From Candidatus Omnitrophota bacterium (GTDB taxonomy: Bacteria > Omnitrophota > Gorgyraeia > Gorgyraeales > Gorgyraeaceae), in assembly GCA_018902915.1 (NCBI GenBank), contig JAHIPS010000016.1, forward strand, positions 4,368 to 68,367: a stretch of DNA of 64,000 nt. The letters run 5' to 3'. Below are positions 26,343 to 35,137 of this stretch, piece after piece. Both the position numbers and the translations under genes were made by a program. The notes beneath the pieces are model-generated. The model saw only the letters and a list, made by a program, of their open reading frames with translations. It had not been told where the DNA came from and did no database searches. Each line of letters opens with the position of its first letter. Within the stretch, counting starts at the first letter, position 1.

Positions 26343-27026
26343 TTATTTCTCGATGTGATACGTCTTTTTAAATTTGTCTAAATTTTCATTTGAGCCAACG
26401 ATTATAAAAACATCTTTCTGTTTAACGATATAGTCTGCCTTTGGCGCTACATTCAGCTCGCCCTCGCCTTCACTAGAGGAGTCTTTGTTGCGTACCGCAA
26501 TAATATTTAGCCCGTGTTTTGCCCTTATGCCCAGATCCCTTATGGATTTTCCTGTAAACTCTTTTGGCGGCACTGTCTCCATTATGCCAAATTCCGGAGA
26601 GAGCTCTATGTGTTCCAAAATTGACGGAGAAACAAGCGAGTTCGCGACCCTTGAACCCATGTCCCTCTCCAAAAATACCACCTTTTCCACGCCAATCCTC
26701 TGCAGCACCTTGCCGTGCTCGTCTGTAACCGCGCGCGCCACAACATGCTGCACGCCAAGCTCCTTCAGGATCAATGCAGTGAGAATAGACGCTTCCAGAT
26801 TCGTACCTATACCCACAATAGCCAGGTCCACATTCATTATGCCCACTGCCTTTAGCGCCTTTTCATCCGTGGCATCGACCTGCACTGCCTCTGTCACAAA
26901 CTCAGACGCCTCCTGCACGAGCTCCTCGTCCTTGTCAATCCCCAATACCTGATGCCCTTTCTCGCTCAATGTCTTTGCCACGCTCATCCCGAATTCACCC
27001 AAACCAATTACCGCGAATTGTCTCAT
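26343..27026 (-). CDS. trkA: Trk/Ktr potassium-uptake NAD-binding subunit
   Basis: Start at ATG 27026: MRQFAVIGLGEFGMSVAKTL (GxGxxG), TrkA-N + TrkA-C domains. Confidence 0.88.
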   Translation of the reverse strand: MRQFAVIGLGEFGMSVAKTLSEKGHQVLGIDKDEELVQEASEFVTEAVQVDATDEKALKAVGIMNVDLAIVGIGTNLEASILTALILKELGVQHVVARAVTDEHGKVLQRIGVEKVVFLERDMGSRVANSLVSPSILEHIELSPEFGIMETVPPKEFTGKSIRDLGIRAKHGLNIIAVRNKDSSSEGEGELNVAPKADYIVKQKDVFIIVGSNENLDKFKKTYHIEK

Positions 27027-27042
27027 ATATCGTCTCCTTTTT

Positions 27043-28401
27043 TTATCCCACCATGACCTTTTCTTCTGGATATTTGTAAACAACCTGCTGCTCGCGCATC
27101 GCAACTGCCAGGGCCAGCGTCAAAGGCCCGACCCTGCCAACAAACATCGTGATCATGATAAGAAGTTTTCCTAACGGGCTCAAAATCGGAGTAATGCCTG
27201 TTGATAAACCAACGGTGCCGAATGCAGACGTCACCTCGAACAGTATCCTTAAAAAATAGTTCGGCATTGCCTCGTGAGCATGCTCGATGAAACTTAAGAG
27301 CATTGTAAAAACCACTATCCACGCAACAGCCAACCCGCCTATCATAACCGCTTTTCTAAATACTGGTTTCGGTATGGTCCTTTTAAATACATGGATATTG
27401 TTTCTGTTCTTCATCATGCTCCACGCGCCTGCCAAAAGCACCCCCAGGGTGCAGGTCTTTATGCCTCCGCCTGTAGAACCGGGTGAGGCGCCTATAAACA
27501 TCAGTATTATGAGAAAAAATAATGTCGGGCTTGCGAGGTTTATGATCGGCAATGTATTAAACCCTGCTGTCCTCGCGGTAGTGGACTGGAAAAATGACGC
27601 GAGGAGCTTATCCTTTAGAGTAAAACCGTACAATATCTTGTGATTTTCCAACAAGAAAAACACGACCGTGCCCAGAACCAAAAGCGCAATACTGACACTG
27701 ACAGCGATCTTTGTTTGAAGGCTTATCCTTGAAAAAAGATGCCTTATGTCTTCGTTGCTCCTTAAAAACAATCTTCTGAAACACCATTTGAATATCTTGG
27801 GGATGTCTATAAGCACTATAAATCCTATGCCGCCCAGGATAATCAAGCTCGTCATGACAAGATTTACGTACGCGTCATTAGAATAATTTGCAAAGCTTTG
27901 TGAATTGAGCGAAAAACCAGCGTTGCAAAAAGCTGAGATCGAATGAAATATCGAATAAAAGATATCACCGAACCTGTTGTGTAAAAGGAGAGCACCTATA
28001 AGTTCTATACAAAATGTTATGCCAAGTATGTATAAGATCAATGTCTTTACGCCCTGCACGCCTTGATGGCCCAGCGCGCCTTTTATAACAATATTTTCCC
28101 TGAGCGTGAGTTTTCTTCCTAAAAGTATTGCAAAGAAAGTAGAGAGAGTCATTATGCCCAGGCCGCCGATCTGTATCAGGAATAGTATGATCAGCCGGCC
28201 CATCCCTGAAAAGTCAGCGCCTGTGTCTTTTACAATAAGCCCTGTGACGCATGTGGCGCTTGTTGAAGTAAAAAACGCGTCCACTATACCTATCGAGGCG
28301 CCGCTGGCAGAGCATTGGGGCAGAGATAAAAGGCTCGCGCCTATGACAATCGTTATAAGAAAGCTAAATATTACCACCTGCGGCGGTTTTAGTCTTCGCA
28401 T
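27043..28401 (-). CDS. trkH: TrkH/KtrB family potassium transporter
   Basis: 452 aa polytopic; repeated selectivity-filter-like segments TCVTGL, NAGFS, RTAGFN, GTVGLS. Confidence 0.9.
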   Translation of the reverse strand: MRRLKPPQVVIFSFLITIVIGASLLSLPQCSASGASIGIVDAFFTSTSATCVTGLIVKDTGADFSGMGRLIILFLIQIGGLGIMTLSTFFAILLGRKLTLRENIVIKGALGHQGVQGVKTLILYILGITFCIELIGALLLHNRFGDIFYSIFHSISAFCNAGFSLNSQSFANYSNDAYVNLVMTSLIILGGIGFIVLIDIPKIFKWCFRRLFLRSNEDIRHLFSRISLQTKIAVSVSIALLVLGTVVFFLLENHKILYGFTLKDKLLASFFQSTTARTAGFNTLPIINLASPTLFFLIILMFIGASPGSTGGGIKTCTLGVLLAGAWSMMKNRNNIHVFKRTIPKPVFRKAVMIGGLAVAWIVVFTMLLSFIEHAHEAMPNYFLRILFEVTSAFGTVGLSTGITPILSPLGKLLIMITMFVGRVGPLTLALAVAMREQQVVYKYPEEKVMVG

Positions 28402-28411
28402 ATAAGCTTTC

Positions 28412-28467
28412 AGCTTTCAGCTGTCAGCTTTCAGCATCTGATGGCTGAAGGCTGATGGCTGATAGCT
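28412..28467 (+). terminator. 24-bp hairpin with heptad-repeat arms + T-run, best formed on the plus strand (antisense to neighbours)
   Basis: Arms (cagcttt/cagctgt)n vs (gctgaag/gctgatg)n. 20 Watson-Crick pairs plus 3 G.U as plus-strand RNA (A.C on minus), followed by cattttttc. Confidence 0.4.
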
Positions 28468-28823
28468 CATTTTTTCTTCGAACTGACGTCCTCAACCAAC
28501 TTTTTAAATGCAGGCCTGTCATTAACTGCAATATCTGCGAGTATTTTTCTATTAAGCGTTATTTTTGAATCTCGCAGGGCCTTCATGAATTTACTATAAG
28601 ATATCCCGAGTTCCTTACAGGCATTGGAAATCCTCAAGATCCAGAGCTGCCTAAAATCTCTTTTCTTAACGCGCCTGTCCCGCGTGCTATAGGCCATGGC
28701 CTTGTTCACAGACTCCATTGTGATCCTGTGCCACTTGCTGCGGCCTGCGCGCTGGCCCTTTGCCATTTTAGAGACCTTTTTTCTGCGAGCCCTTGATGCT
28801 GGTCCATATTTTACTCGTGTCAT
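28467..28823 (-). CDS. rplT: 50S ribosomal protein L20
   Basis: MTRVKYGPASRARRKKV..QRAGRSK..QLWILRISNA. Confidence 0.97.
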   Translation of the reverse strand: MTRVKYGPASRARRKKVSKMAKGQRAGRSKWHRITMESVNKAMAYSTRDRRVKKRDFRQLWILRISNACKELGISYSKFMKALRDSKITLNRKILADIAVNDRPAFKKLVEDVSSKKK

Positions 28824-28836
28824 TTTTTTCTCCTTT

Positions 28837-29034
28837 TTAGCCGTAGGGTAGAAGTTTTTTTGTCCTCTTTGCTACTTTGCCTACAATAATAGAACTTCTT
28901 CTTAAGCCACGCTTTCTATCAGAAGACTTTGATGTCAAAAGGTGACGTCTCCCCGGTTTCCACCCTTTGAGCTTGCCTTTCTTTGTTAATTTAAACCTCT
29001 TCCTTGCGCTCTTGTTAGTTTTTAACTTTGACAT
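28837..29034 (-). CDS. rpmI: 50S ribosomal protein L35
   Basis: MSKLKTNKSARKRFKLTKKGKLK..RRHLLTSKS. Confidence 0.97.
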   Translation of the reverse strand: MSKLKTNKSARKRFKLTKKGKLKGWKPGRRHLLTSKSSDRKRGLRRSSIIVGKVAKRTKKLLPYG

Positions 29035-29057
29035 GACACTCTCCTTTATTACAATGT

Positions 29058-29585
29058 TTATTTTTTTGTTTTGCTAACGGCACGGGGCATAAAGTACACC
29101 TGGATACTTCTGCCTTCGCGGGTAGGGCCCTTTTCAACCTCTGCGACATCTGCAAGATCAGAAACAACCCTATCCAAAATCTTTCTCCCTATCTCCTGAT
29201 GACTCATCTCCCTGCCCCTGAAAACCATTGTGATCTTTGCCTTGTCTCCTCTTGATAAAAACCGCTTTAGATGTTGCAGTTTGACCTGGTAATCATGCTC
29301 TTCTATGTGCGGTTTTATCTTTATCTCCTTTAGATGCACGATCTTTTGGTGCTTGCGAGCCTCTCTCGCCTGTTTCTCCTGCTCGTATTTAAACTTGCTG
29401 TAATCCATGATACGACAAACAGGCGGATTCGCGCCCGCGGCCACCTCTACCAGATCCAGGCTGACATCCTGCGCCTTTTGCAATGCATCGCGCGTGGCAA
29501 CTACTCCCATCTGCTCGCCGTCCGGCCCTATAAGTCTGACCTCTTTTATTCTAATCCTTTGATTTATTCTAAGCGGTCGTGAAAT
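29058..29585 (-). CDS. infC: translation initiation factor IF-3 (probable AUU start)
   Basis: ..INQRIRIKEVRLIGPDGEQMGVV..IF-3 N and C domains. The track's GTG (29594) overlaps the GGAGG SD, while the in-frame ATT at 29585 lies 8 nt after the SD. Confidence 0.9.
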   Translation of the reverse strand: MSRPLRINQRIRIKEVRLIGPDGEQMGVVATRDALQKAQDVSLDLVEVAAGANPPVCRIMDYSKFKYEQEKQAREARKHQKIVHLKEIKIKPHIEEHDYQVKLQHLKRFLSRGDKAKITMVFRGREMSHQEIGRKILDRVVSDLADVAEVEKGPTREGRSIQVYFMPRAVSKTKK

Positions 29586-29601
29586 AAAAATCACCTCCTG
29601 G

Positions 29602-31320
29602 TTAAATTTTCTCTTTGATCTCTTTTTTTATCCTCACTATAAACTCGTCAATTTTTACACTACCCACGTTACCCTCTTTTTTCGCGCGAAGCGACACTGT
29701 GCCCGCTTCTTTTTCCTTGTCACCCACCACCAGCATGTACGGGATCTTTGCTAACTCTGCTTCTCTTATCTTATACTGGAGCTTCTCGCTTCTTTTATCA
29801 ACCTCGACCCTAACATCTTCATTTTGCAATCTATTAAAAATCTCGTCTGCATAATCATACGAGCGGTCAGTAATAGGAATGACCTTTGCCTGCACAGGAC
29901 TCAGCCACACAGGAAACACCCCGCCATAATGCTCTATGAGCGTGCCAATAAACCGCTCTATACTCCCGAGAATAACCCTGTGTAGTATCACGGGCCGTTC
30001 CTTTTTACCCTCTGGCGAAATATATGTTAAGTCAAATCTTTCAGGAAGCGCGAAATCACACTGTACTGTCGCGCATTGCCATGGCCGGCCCAGCGCGTCC
30101 TTTACCATGATGTCTATCTTTGGCCCATAAAACGCTCCCTCGCCTTCATTGATCTCAAACTCCATACCTTTTGATGAGAGCGCTTCTTTAAGCGCTCCTG
30201 TTGCTCTGTCCCACGCTTCGGGCGTGCCAATATATTTTGGCGGCCGCGTTGAAAGATCGATCTTGTAATCCTTAAAACCAAACACCCTCATTGTATCCAG
30301 CACAAAATCTATAACGCCTTTGATCTCGCTCTCGACCTGCGACGCGAGACAAAATATATGCGCATCATCCTGTGTAAAACCTCTCACGCGCAAAAGCCCG
30401 TGCAAGACCCCTGATTTCTCGCGGCGGTGCACATTGCCTAATTCAAAAAATCTTATTGGAAGATCCCTGTAGCTCCGGATCTTTGATTTATAAATAAGCA
30501 TGTGCGCCGGGCAATTCATGGGTTTTATCACGTATTCCTCGCCTTCGGTCTTAAAGATATACATGTTTTCTTTATAATATTCATAATGGCCTGATGTAAC
30601 CCATAAATCCTTCTTTAAAATATGCGGCCCCATTACCAGTTCGTATCCGCGCTTTAGATGTTCCTTCTTTACATAGTCTTCTATGGTCATCCTTAATATT
30701 GCGCCCCTTGGGTGATAAAACACAAGCCCTGGCCCGACATCATCGTGGATACTGAATAGCTCGAGTTCCTTGCCTATTTTTCTATGGTCGCGCTTTTTTG
30801 CTTCTTCTCTTAAGTTAAGGAATTTCTCAAGCTCTAGCTTGCTCTCAAAACAGGTGCCGTAGATACGCTGGAGCATTGGATTTGTCTCAATGCCATGCCA
30901 GTACGCGCCTGCCAGATTCAAAAGCTTGAATGCCTTGACTTCACCTGTGGATTTAACATGCGGGCCCCTGCAAAGGTCGACAAATTTCCCGTGCTTGTAA
31001 AGCGAAACAGTATCGCCTTCTAAATTATTTATTAGCTCTGTCTTGTAAGGTTCTTTCTTAAATAATTTCAGCGCCTCTTTTTTGGAAATCTCGCTATATT
31101 TAAATTCCTGATCCGCTTTGATGATCCCCTGCATCTCTTTTTCTATTCTGACGAGGTCCTCTGGCGCAAACCCGTCCTTTTTATCAAAATCATAGTAGAA
31201 CCCGTCCTCAATAGCAGGTCCTATGCCAAGCTTCACTTTTGGGAAAAGCCGCTTCACAGCATCTGCCATCACGTGCGAACAACTATGTCTTAACGCGTCT
31301 AGATTTTTTGTCATATTCAA
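29602..31320 (-). CDS. thrS: threonine--tRNA ligase (lacks N-terminal TGS domain)
   Basis: 572 aa; starts in the editing/second additional domain ([12 protein letters not shown]), then class-II core (FRRE-like [17 protein letters not shown]) and anticodon-binding domain. Confidence 0.95.
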   Translation of the reverse strand: MNMTKNLDALRHSCSHVMADAVKRLFPKVKLGIGPAIEDGFYYDFDKKDGFAPEDLVRIEKEMQGIIKADQEFKYSEISKKEALKLFKKEPYKTELINNLEGDTVSLYKHGKFVDLCRGPHVKSTGEVKAFKLLNLAGAYWHGIETNPMLQRIYGTCFESKLELEKFLNLREEAKKRDHRKIGKELELFSIHDDVGPGLVFYHPRGAILRMTIEDYVKKEHLKRGYELVMGPHILKKDLWVTSGHYEYYKENMYIFKTEGEEYVIKPMNCPAHMLIYKSKIRSYRDLPIRFFELGNVHRREKSGVLHGLLRVRGFTQDDAHIFCLASQVESEIKGVIDFVLDTMRVFGFKDYKIDLSTRPPKYIGTPEAWDRATGALKEALSSKGMEFEINEGEGAFYGPKIDIMVKDALGRPWQCATVQCDFALPERFDLTYISPEGKKERPVILHRVILGSIERFIGTLIEHYGGVFPVWLSPVQAKVIPITDRSYDYADEIFNRLQNEDVRVEVDKRSEKLQYKIREAELAKIPYMLVVGDKEKEAGTVSLRAKKEGNVGSVKIDEFIVRIKKEIKEKI

Positions 31321-31335
31321 TCCTTATTTAACATT

Positions 31336-31929
31336 TTAGAACTTGCCTAAATAACTTGCTGATTCTTTATCTATCCAATTTTTCAACTTATAATTATGGA
31401 CCTGAATCCTAGCAATGCCAAATTTTGATACCTGCCCCTCCATTTTGCTTCTTTTATCGGTGTGAGGATAAACAACTATTTGGGGCTTGGGTATTCTTAA
31501 AACTTTTGACCAATAATCTCTCGCCTCGTTTTGATTAAATTGCTTGTATAGCTGAACATATAGACCAATCTTCTTCTTATGTATTCCACAAATTTTTCTT
31601 AAAAATTCGACGAATACTTTCAGGATTCTATGGTCTAAATTTGCAAGCTGAACCGAATGCCGATTAGTTCGATGGCCCTCCGCGCAATATAACATCAGAC
31701 CGCTTATTAGTAATTCTCTCTCTTTGTTATCAAGTTTCTTTTTTATTCTAAACGGGTCTCCGTTTGGATTTTGTTTTACGTAAGAACTTTCACTCCTTGA
31801 CCTTCTAGCTATTCCATATCTTTTAAGCCAGTAATAAACTTTTGCTTGGGTAGTCTTTAATTGCTTTGCAATATCTACCATGGAAAGTTTTTTAACATCA
31901 TATAAATAACTTGGTTCTCTTTTGTTCAT
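31336..31929 (-). CDS. free-standing LAGLIDADG-like homing-endonuclease-type protein with N-terminal HTH
   Basis: 197 aa; HTH LSMVDIAKQLKTTQAKVYYWLKRYGI, then LLISGLMLYCAEGHRT..VQLANLDHRILKVFVEFL, which resembles the LYWAEG-type single-motif HENs seen in rRNA introns of uncultivated bacteria (recalled from memory). Confidence 0.45.
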   Translation of the reverse strand: MNKREPSYLYDVKKLSMVDIAKQLKTTQAKVYYWLKRYGIARRSRSESSYVKQNPNGDPFRIKKKLDNKERELLISGLMLYCAEGHRTNRHSVQLANLDHRILKVFVEFLRKICGIHKKKIGLYVQLYKQFNQNEARDYWSKVLRIPKPQIVVYPHTDKRSKMEGQVSKFGIARIQVHNYKLKNWIDKESASYLGKF

Positions 31930-31938
31930 ATCTTTATA

Positions 31939-32015
31939 TGGTGGGCGGTACTGGACTCGAACCAGTGACCTTCACGATGTCAACGTGACGCGCTAACCAA
32001 CTGCGCCAACCGCCC
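31939..32015 (-). tRNA. tRNA-Val (GAC), CCA encoded
   Basis: GGGCGGTTGGCGCAGTTGGTTAGCGCGTCACGTTGACATCGTGAAGGTCACTGGTTCGAGTCCAGTACCGCCCACCA; cloverleaf folds by hand, anticodon loop TTGACAT. Confidence 0.95.
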
Positions 32016-32016
32016 A

Positions 32017-32104
32017 TGGTGCCGAGAGTGGGATTCGAACCCACACGGGCTTTTGGCCCAATGGATTTTAAGTCCATATTGTCTGCCAGTTCCAACATCT
32101 CGGC
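32017..32104 (-). tRNA. tRNA-Leu (UAA), long variable arm, CCA encoded
   Basis: GCCGAGATGTTGGAACTGGCAGACAATATGGACTTAAAATCCAT..GGGTTCGAATCCCACTCTCGGCACCA; anticodon loop CTTAAAA. Confidence 0.95.
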
Positions 32105-32124
32105 TAAATTTACCTCATAAATTC

Positions 32125-32199
32125 TGGAGGCGGCGACCGGAATCGAACCGGTGTATAGTTGTTTTGCAGACAACTGCCTTGCCCCTTGGCTACGCCGCC
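32125..32199 (-). tRNA. tRNA-Cys (GCA), CCA encoded
   Basis: GGCGGCGTAGCCAAGGGGCAAGGCAGTTGTCTGCAAAACAACTATACACCGGTTCGATTCCGGTCGCCGCCTCCA; U73 discriminator. Confidence 0.95.
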
Positions 32200-32200
32200 T

Positions 32201-32246
32201 TAGAAAACAAAAACGTGTAACCTTAAAGGAAACACGGCTACACGTT
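32201..32246 (-). terminator. intrinsic terminator of the pilin-like gene
   Basis: Minus strand AACGUGUAGCC..GGUUACACGUU stem (one U.G that would be A.C on plus) followed by UUUGUUUUC. Confidence 0.7.
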
Positions 32247-32267
32247 GTTAAAAAACCTCTCTATCCA

Positions 32268-32726
32268 TTAAAACGGCTGGGTCCAGCTGCCGCCAGAGGC
32301 AGAACTCCATCTTATGTGCCCGCCGACATACAACACATTGCCACCCTTGGACTTATGATTCTCTGGCTTATCAGTAACTATCGGTGTGTCAGAATCAGCT
32401 GACTCTGTAAGGCCTGACTGATACACATAATCTCCGCTATCAGCGTTTGAAGGAATGCTGCTCGCGCTCGAAGGGCACTTAAAGATCTCTAATGTATCAA
32501 TATAATCCCCGTCCACCAACTCCTGCAGGTTCTCAGGGAACCTCTCCATATTATCCGTGGCATACATATGAAGCGCTATCCCTATCTGCTTCAGGTTATT
32601 CATGCAGCTCGCGCGCCTTGCCCTCTCGCGCGCCTGGCCAATAGCCGGGAGAAGCATGCCAGCGAGTATGCCTATAATCGCGATTACAACCAATAATTCA
32701 ATTAATGTAAATCCGCGCTTTTTCAT
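32268..32726 (-). CDS. prepilin-type N-terminal cleavage/methylation domain protein (DUF1559-like pseudopilin)
   Basis: [43 protein letters not shown]-terminal [13 protein letters not shown]. Confidence 0.85.
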   Translation of the reverse strand: MKKRGFTLIELLVVIAIIGILAGMLLPAIGQARERARRASCMNNLKQIGIALHMYATDNMERFPENLQELVDGDYIDTLEIFKCPSSASSIPSNADSGDYVYQSGLTESADSDTPIVTDKPENHKSKGGNVLYVGGHIRWSSASGGSWTQPF

Positions 32727-32727
32727 A

Positions 32728-33390
32728 TTAACCTTCCTTCCTTAAATACCACAGCTCCTGGATTTTGTCAAGCAAAACCTGCGCTATGTATGACTTAGAT
32801 TCATTACTAATATATATGCTATTGCCCCTTGCGTCTATTATAGATACTCCTAACCTATTGTTACCAAATGGGTTATGTCGATTTGTCAGCCTATTGGCCA
32901 CTATCAGGTCTAATTTTTTGGGCCTTAATTTTTTCCTTGAATTTTTAACCAGGTCCTCTGTTTCTAAGCTAAATCCCACAAATAGCTTATCTCTTTTATG
33001 CTTGGCCAATTCTTTCAATATGTCCTTAGTTGGAACGAGTTTAAGCAGCAAACTCTCTTTTCTTTTTATCTTTCTCCTCGCAGCGCTCGCTACCCTAAAA
33101 TCCCCTACTGCAGCACACATCACCAGACAATCTGCTTTCTTAATCTCTTTCTTAAGCACTCTCAACAAATCATCCGCTGTTTCAATTGAAATGAACTTTT
33201 TAACCCTGGGAGGTTTTAGTTTGGTAGGTCCGCTTACGAGCGTAACAGCATGCCTCTTTCTCGACGCAACCTCTGCAACCTTATATCCCATGACCCCAGT
33301 GGATCTATTTGAAATAAACCTCACAGGATCGATCCGCTCTATTGTTGGCCCAGCAGTTACTATGATTTTAATGGCGCACCGCCCTTTCAA
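32728..33390 (-). CDS. coaB: phosphopantothenate--cysteine ligase (stand-alone CoaB)
   Basis: 220 aa; [44 protein letters not shown]. Confidence 0.88.
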   Translation of the reverse strand: MKGRCAIKIIVTAGPTIERIDPVRFISNRSTGVMGYKVAEVASRKRHAVTLVSGPTKLKPPRVKKFISIETADDLLRVLKKEIKKADCLVMCAAVGDFRVASAARRKIKRKESLLLKLVPTKDILKELAKHKRDKLFVGFSLETEDLVKNSRKKLRPKKLDLIVANRLTNRHNPFGNNRLGVSIIDARGNSIYISNESKSYIAQVLLDKIQELWYLRKEG

Positions 33391-34414
33391 TCATAAACTG
33401 CACGTTAGTATTGGCATTCAACGGGATAATTTTAACATCCGGGCAGTTCTGCTTCCACACCCTGAAAATCTCGTCTGCAAATCCCTGCCCTATAGTCTCT
33501 ACGCCATCGAAATCCAATATAATCGTTTTAAATTTACCCAAGCCGCTCAATATTCTCCTTGCCTGGGAACGCGAAACATACTCAGAACCTGGTTTGTAAA
33601 GCTTGACTTTTACCTCTGTCTTATTAAACTCGACTGATTCATCTGTATATTCCTTAAATACTGCACTCAATTCCCTTATCGAATCAATGCTGATAGAAAA
33701 GAAAACCTTTGTGCCAATAACATTCTTTCTAACGCCCTTGATAAAAATGTCATTTATAAGATTATCGAATATCAGTTTCTTTCGTGCGCCCTGCAATACC
33801 AGCTTATCCGCTACCTTTGATGTAAAAAAAATACCTTCCCCGCTATGAGATTCGGAAGCTGTTGTCAATTTGCCTTTCATGAGATCCTGTATTGCCTCCA
33901 TATCATCATTAAAGCCTTTCTTGCTTCTTATATTGTCAAAAATCCCTACGCCTTTATCTATTACCTCAAAACGTATGTGCCCTTTATCCCTTTCCATGGT
34001 TACTTCTATCATCTCCGAGCCCGAATGTTCAATCGCATTATTAAGCATCTCTGTAAACGCATAGGATACAATACGCGTGATGTTTTCAGGAAGCTCCATC
34101 AATACGCCTGTCTCGTTTTTTATTCTGTCCAGGACCAGATCTTCGGAAAGTTCTTTATTCTGCATAATGCGATGAATGCGCCTTATATCCTTTTTAGCCT
34201 GCATAAGCGCCTTTTTAGTCGCAGGGATATAACGGGCCCTGTTAGCTTTCCCTATTAATATAACCTTGCCTTGATCTTTCAACTTCTGAAAAAATCTATT
34301 TATATAGGCGCGTGAAAATCCTGTCTTTTCCACTATCTCAGAGGTCTTCACTTCGCCTTTTTCATCCAGCAACACGAGGATAAGTTTAGTTATAGAATCC
34401 ATAATACCCCACAC
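33368..34414 (-). CDS. wHTH + histidine-kinase-like ATPase + STAS-like (DUF4325-type) protein
   Basis: 348 aa; N-terminal wHTH (TSEIVEKTGFSRAYINRFFQKL), N-box FTEMLNNAIEHS, G1 DKGVGI, G2 SGEGIF, C-terminal ILDFDGVETIGQGFADEIF. Confidence 0.7.
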   Translation of the reverse strand: MWGIMDSITKLILVLLDEKGEVKTSEIVEKTGFSRAYINRFFQKLKDQGKVILIGKANRARYIPATKKALMQAKKDIRRIHRIMQNKELSEDLVLDRIKNETGVLMELPENITRIVSYAFTEMLNNAIEHSGSEMIEVTMERDKGHIRFEVIDKGVGIFDNIRSKKGFNDDMEAIQDLMKGKLTTASESHSGEGIFFTSKVADKLVLQGARKKLIFDNLINDIFIKGVRKNVIGTKVFFSISIDSIRELSAVFKEYTDESVEFNKTEVKVKLYKPGSEYVSRSQARRILSGLGKFKTIILDFDGVETIGQGFADEIFRVWKQNCPDVKIIPLNANTNVQFMIERAVRH

Positions 34415-34423
34415 CCTGCTTTA

Positions 34424-34537
34424 GTTTACAACTATAGTATATATTATAAAATGAAAGTTGTCAACAAGATGTTAATTCAGATATGGTTTATGACTTGTTT
34501 ACAACTTTAAAATTTAATATGCTCTAAAGTTGTAAAC
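34424..34537. promoter_or_regulatory. four GTTTACAACT-type half-sites as two inverted-repeat pairs (putative operators)
   Basis: gtttacaact 34424-33 / agttgtcaac 34456-65; TTGTTTACAACTTTA (34497-) / TAAAGTTGTAAACAA (-34537), a perfect 15-bp IR. Confidence 0.5.
34436..34464 (-). promoter_or_regulatory. promoter of the HTH-ATPase-STAS gene (TTGACA-17-TATACT)
   Basis: Minus strand: -35 TTGACA (34464-34459), 17-nt spacer, -10 TATACT (34441-34436). One half-site overlaps -35 and one overlaps the predicted TSS. Confidence 0.55.
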
Positions 34538-34589
34538 AACATCGGGCCGAAAGTCTGATGTGCCGATGAAGATATCGGATTGTAACCAA

Positions 34590-35132
34590 TTATTTTAAGA
34601 GCTTTTTTGCTTCTTTTATGATTATATCGATGTCCTGGATATGCCCCACGCCTTCACTGCCGCAGGCGAGCTTGCCTTTGATAGGACCGGTGAAGTGATA
34701 GTCGAGTTTTCTGAGTTTCTGGATATTTTGCTGCACGATTTTATTATTATACATCCCGGAATTCATTGCCGGAGCAAAAAGAACAGGTGCTTTTGTGGCG
34801 CAAATAGCGCATGTTAGTATGTCGTCGCATATGCCATTAGCAACTTTTCCAATAATGTTTGCTGTGGCTGGCGCAACCAGCACAAGATCTGCTTTTTCAG
34901 CTAAAGATATATGAGCGGCGTCCCACTCCTCAGGCAGCGCAAATAAATCCGATGTTACGACTTTGTTCCCGGATATCGCCTGGAAAAGAATCGGCCTTAT
35001 AAACTCCTCTGCCTCTTTTGTGAGAACTACTCCTGTAGACACACCGAGACGCTGAAGGCCCCGTATTATATCCAGGGCCTTGTAACACGCGATGCTACCC
35101 GTGACACCGACTATGATATATTTGGCTTTCAT
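34590..35132 (-). CDS. coaC: phosphopantothenoylcysteine decarboxylase flavoprotein (stand-alone CoaC)
   Basis: 180 aa; IIVGVTGSIACYKALD..VLTKEAEEFI..HISLAEKADLVLVAPATANIIGKVANGICDD..PAMN. Confidence 0.88.
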   Translation of the reverse strand: MKAKYIIVGVTGSIACYKALDIIRGLQRLGVSTGVVLTKEAEEFIRPILFQAISGNKVVTSDLFALPEEWDAAHISLAEKADLVLVAPATANIIGKVANGICDDILTCAICATKAPVLFAPAMNSGMYNNKIVQQNIQKLRKLDYHFTGPIKGKLACGSEGVGHIQDIDIIIKEAKKLLK

Positions 35133-35137
35133 AAATT

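Noticed and set aside
28106-28405. 99-aa plus-strand ORF upstream of the plus-oriented hairpin/T-run
   Set aside because: It is antisense to the trkH 5' region, with no SD and no recognisable fold. It is kept only as context for the antisense-terminator observation.
24786-28467. Repeated hairpins considered as a CRISPR array
   Set aside because: The copies are palindromic, differ in length, are kilobases apart and are separated by genes. There is no regular repeat-spacer periodicity and no cas genes.
31934-32173. 79-aa minus-strand ORF
   Set aside because: It is entirely composed of the tRNA-Val, tRNA-Leu and tRNA-Cys genes.
32765-33637. 290-aa plus-strand ORF
   Set aside because: It is antisense to coaB and to the 3' end of the HTH-ATPase-STAS gene. 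Its composition is low-complexity Leu/Ser-rich and it has no SD.
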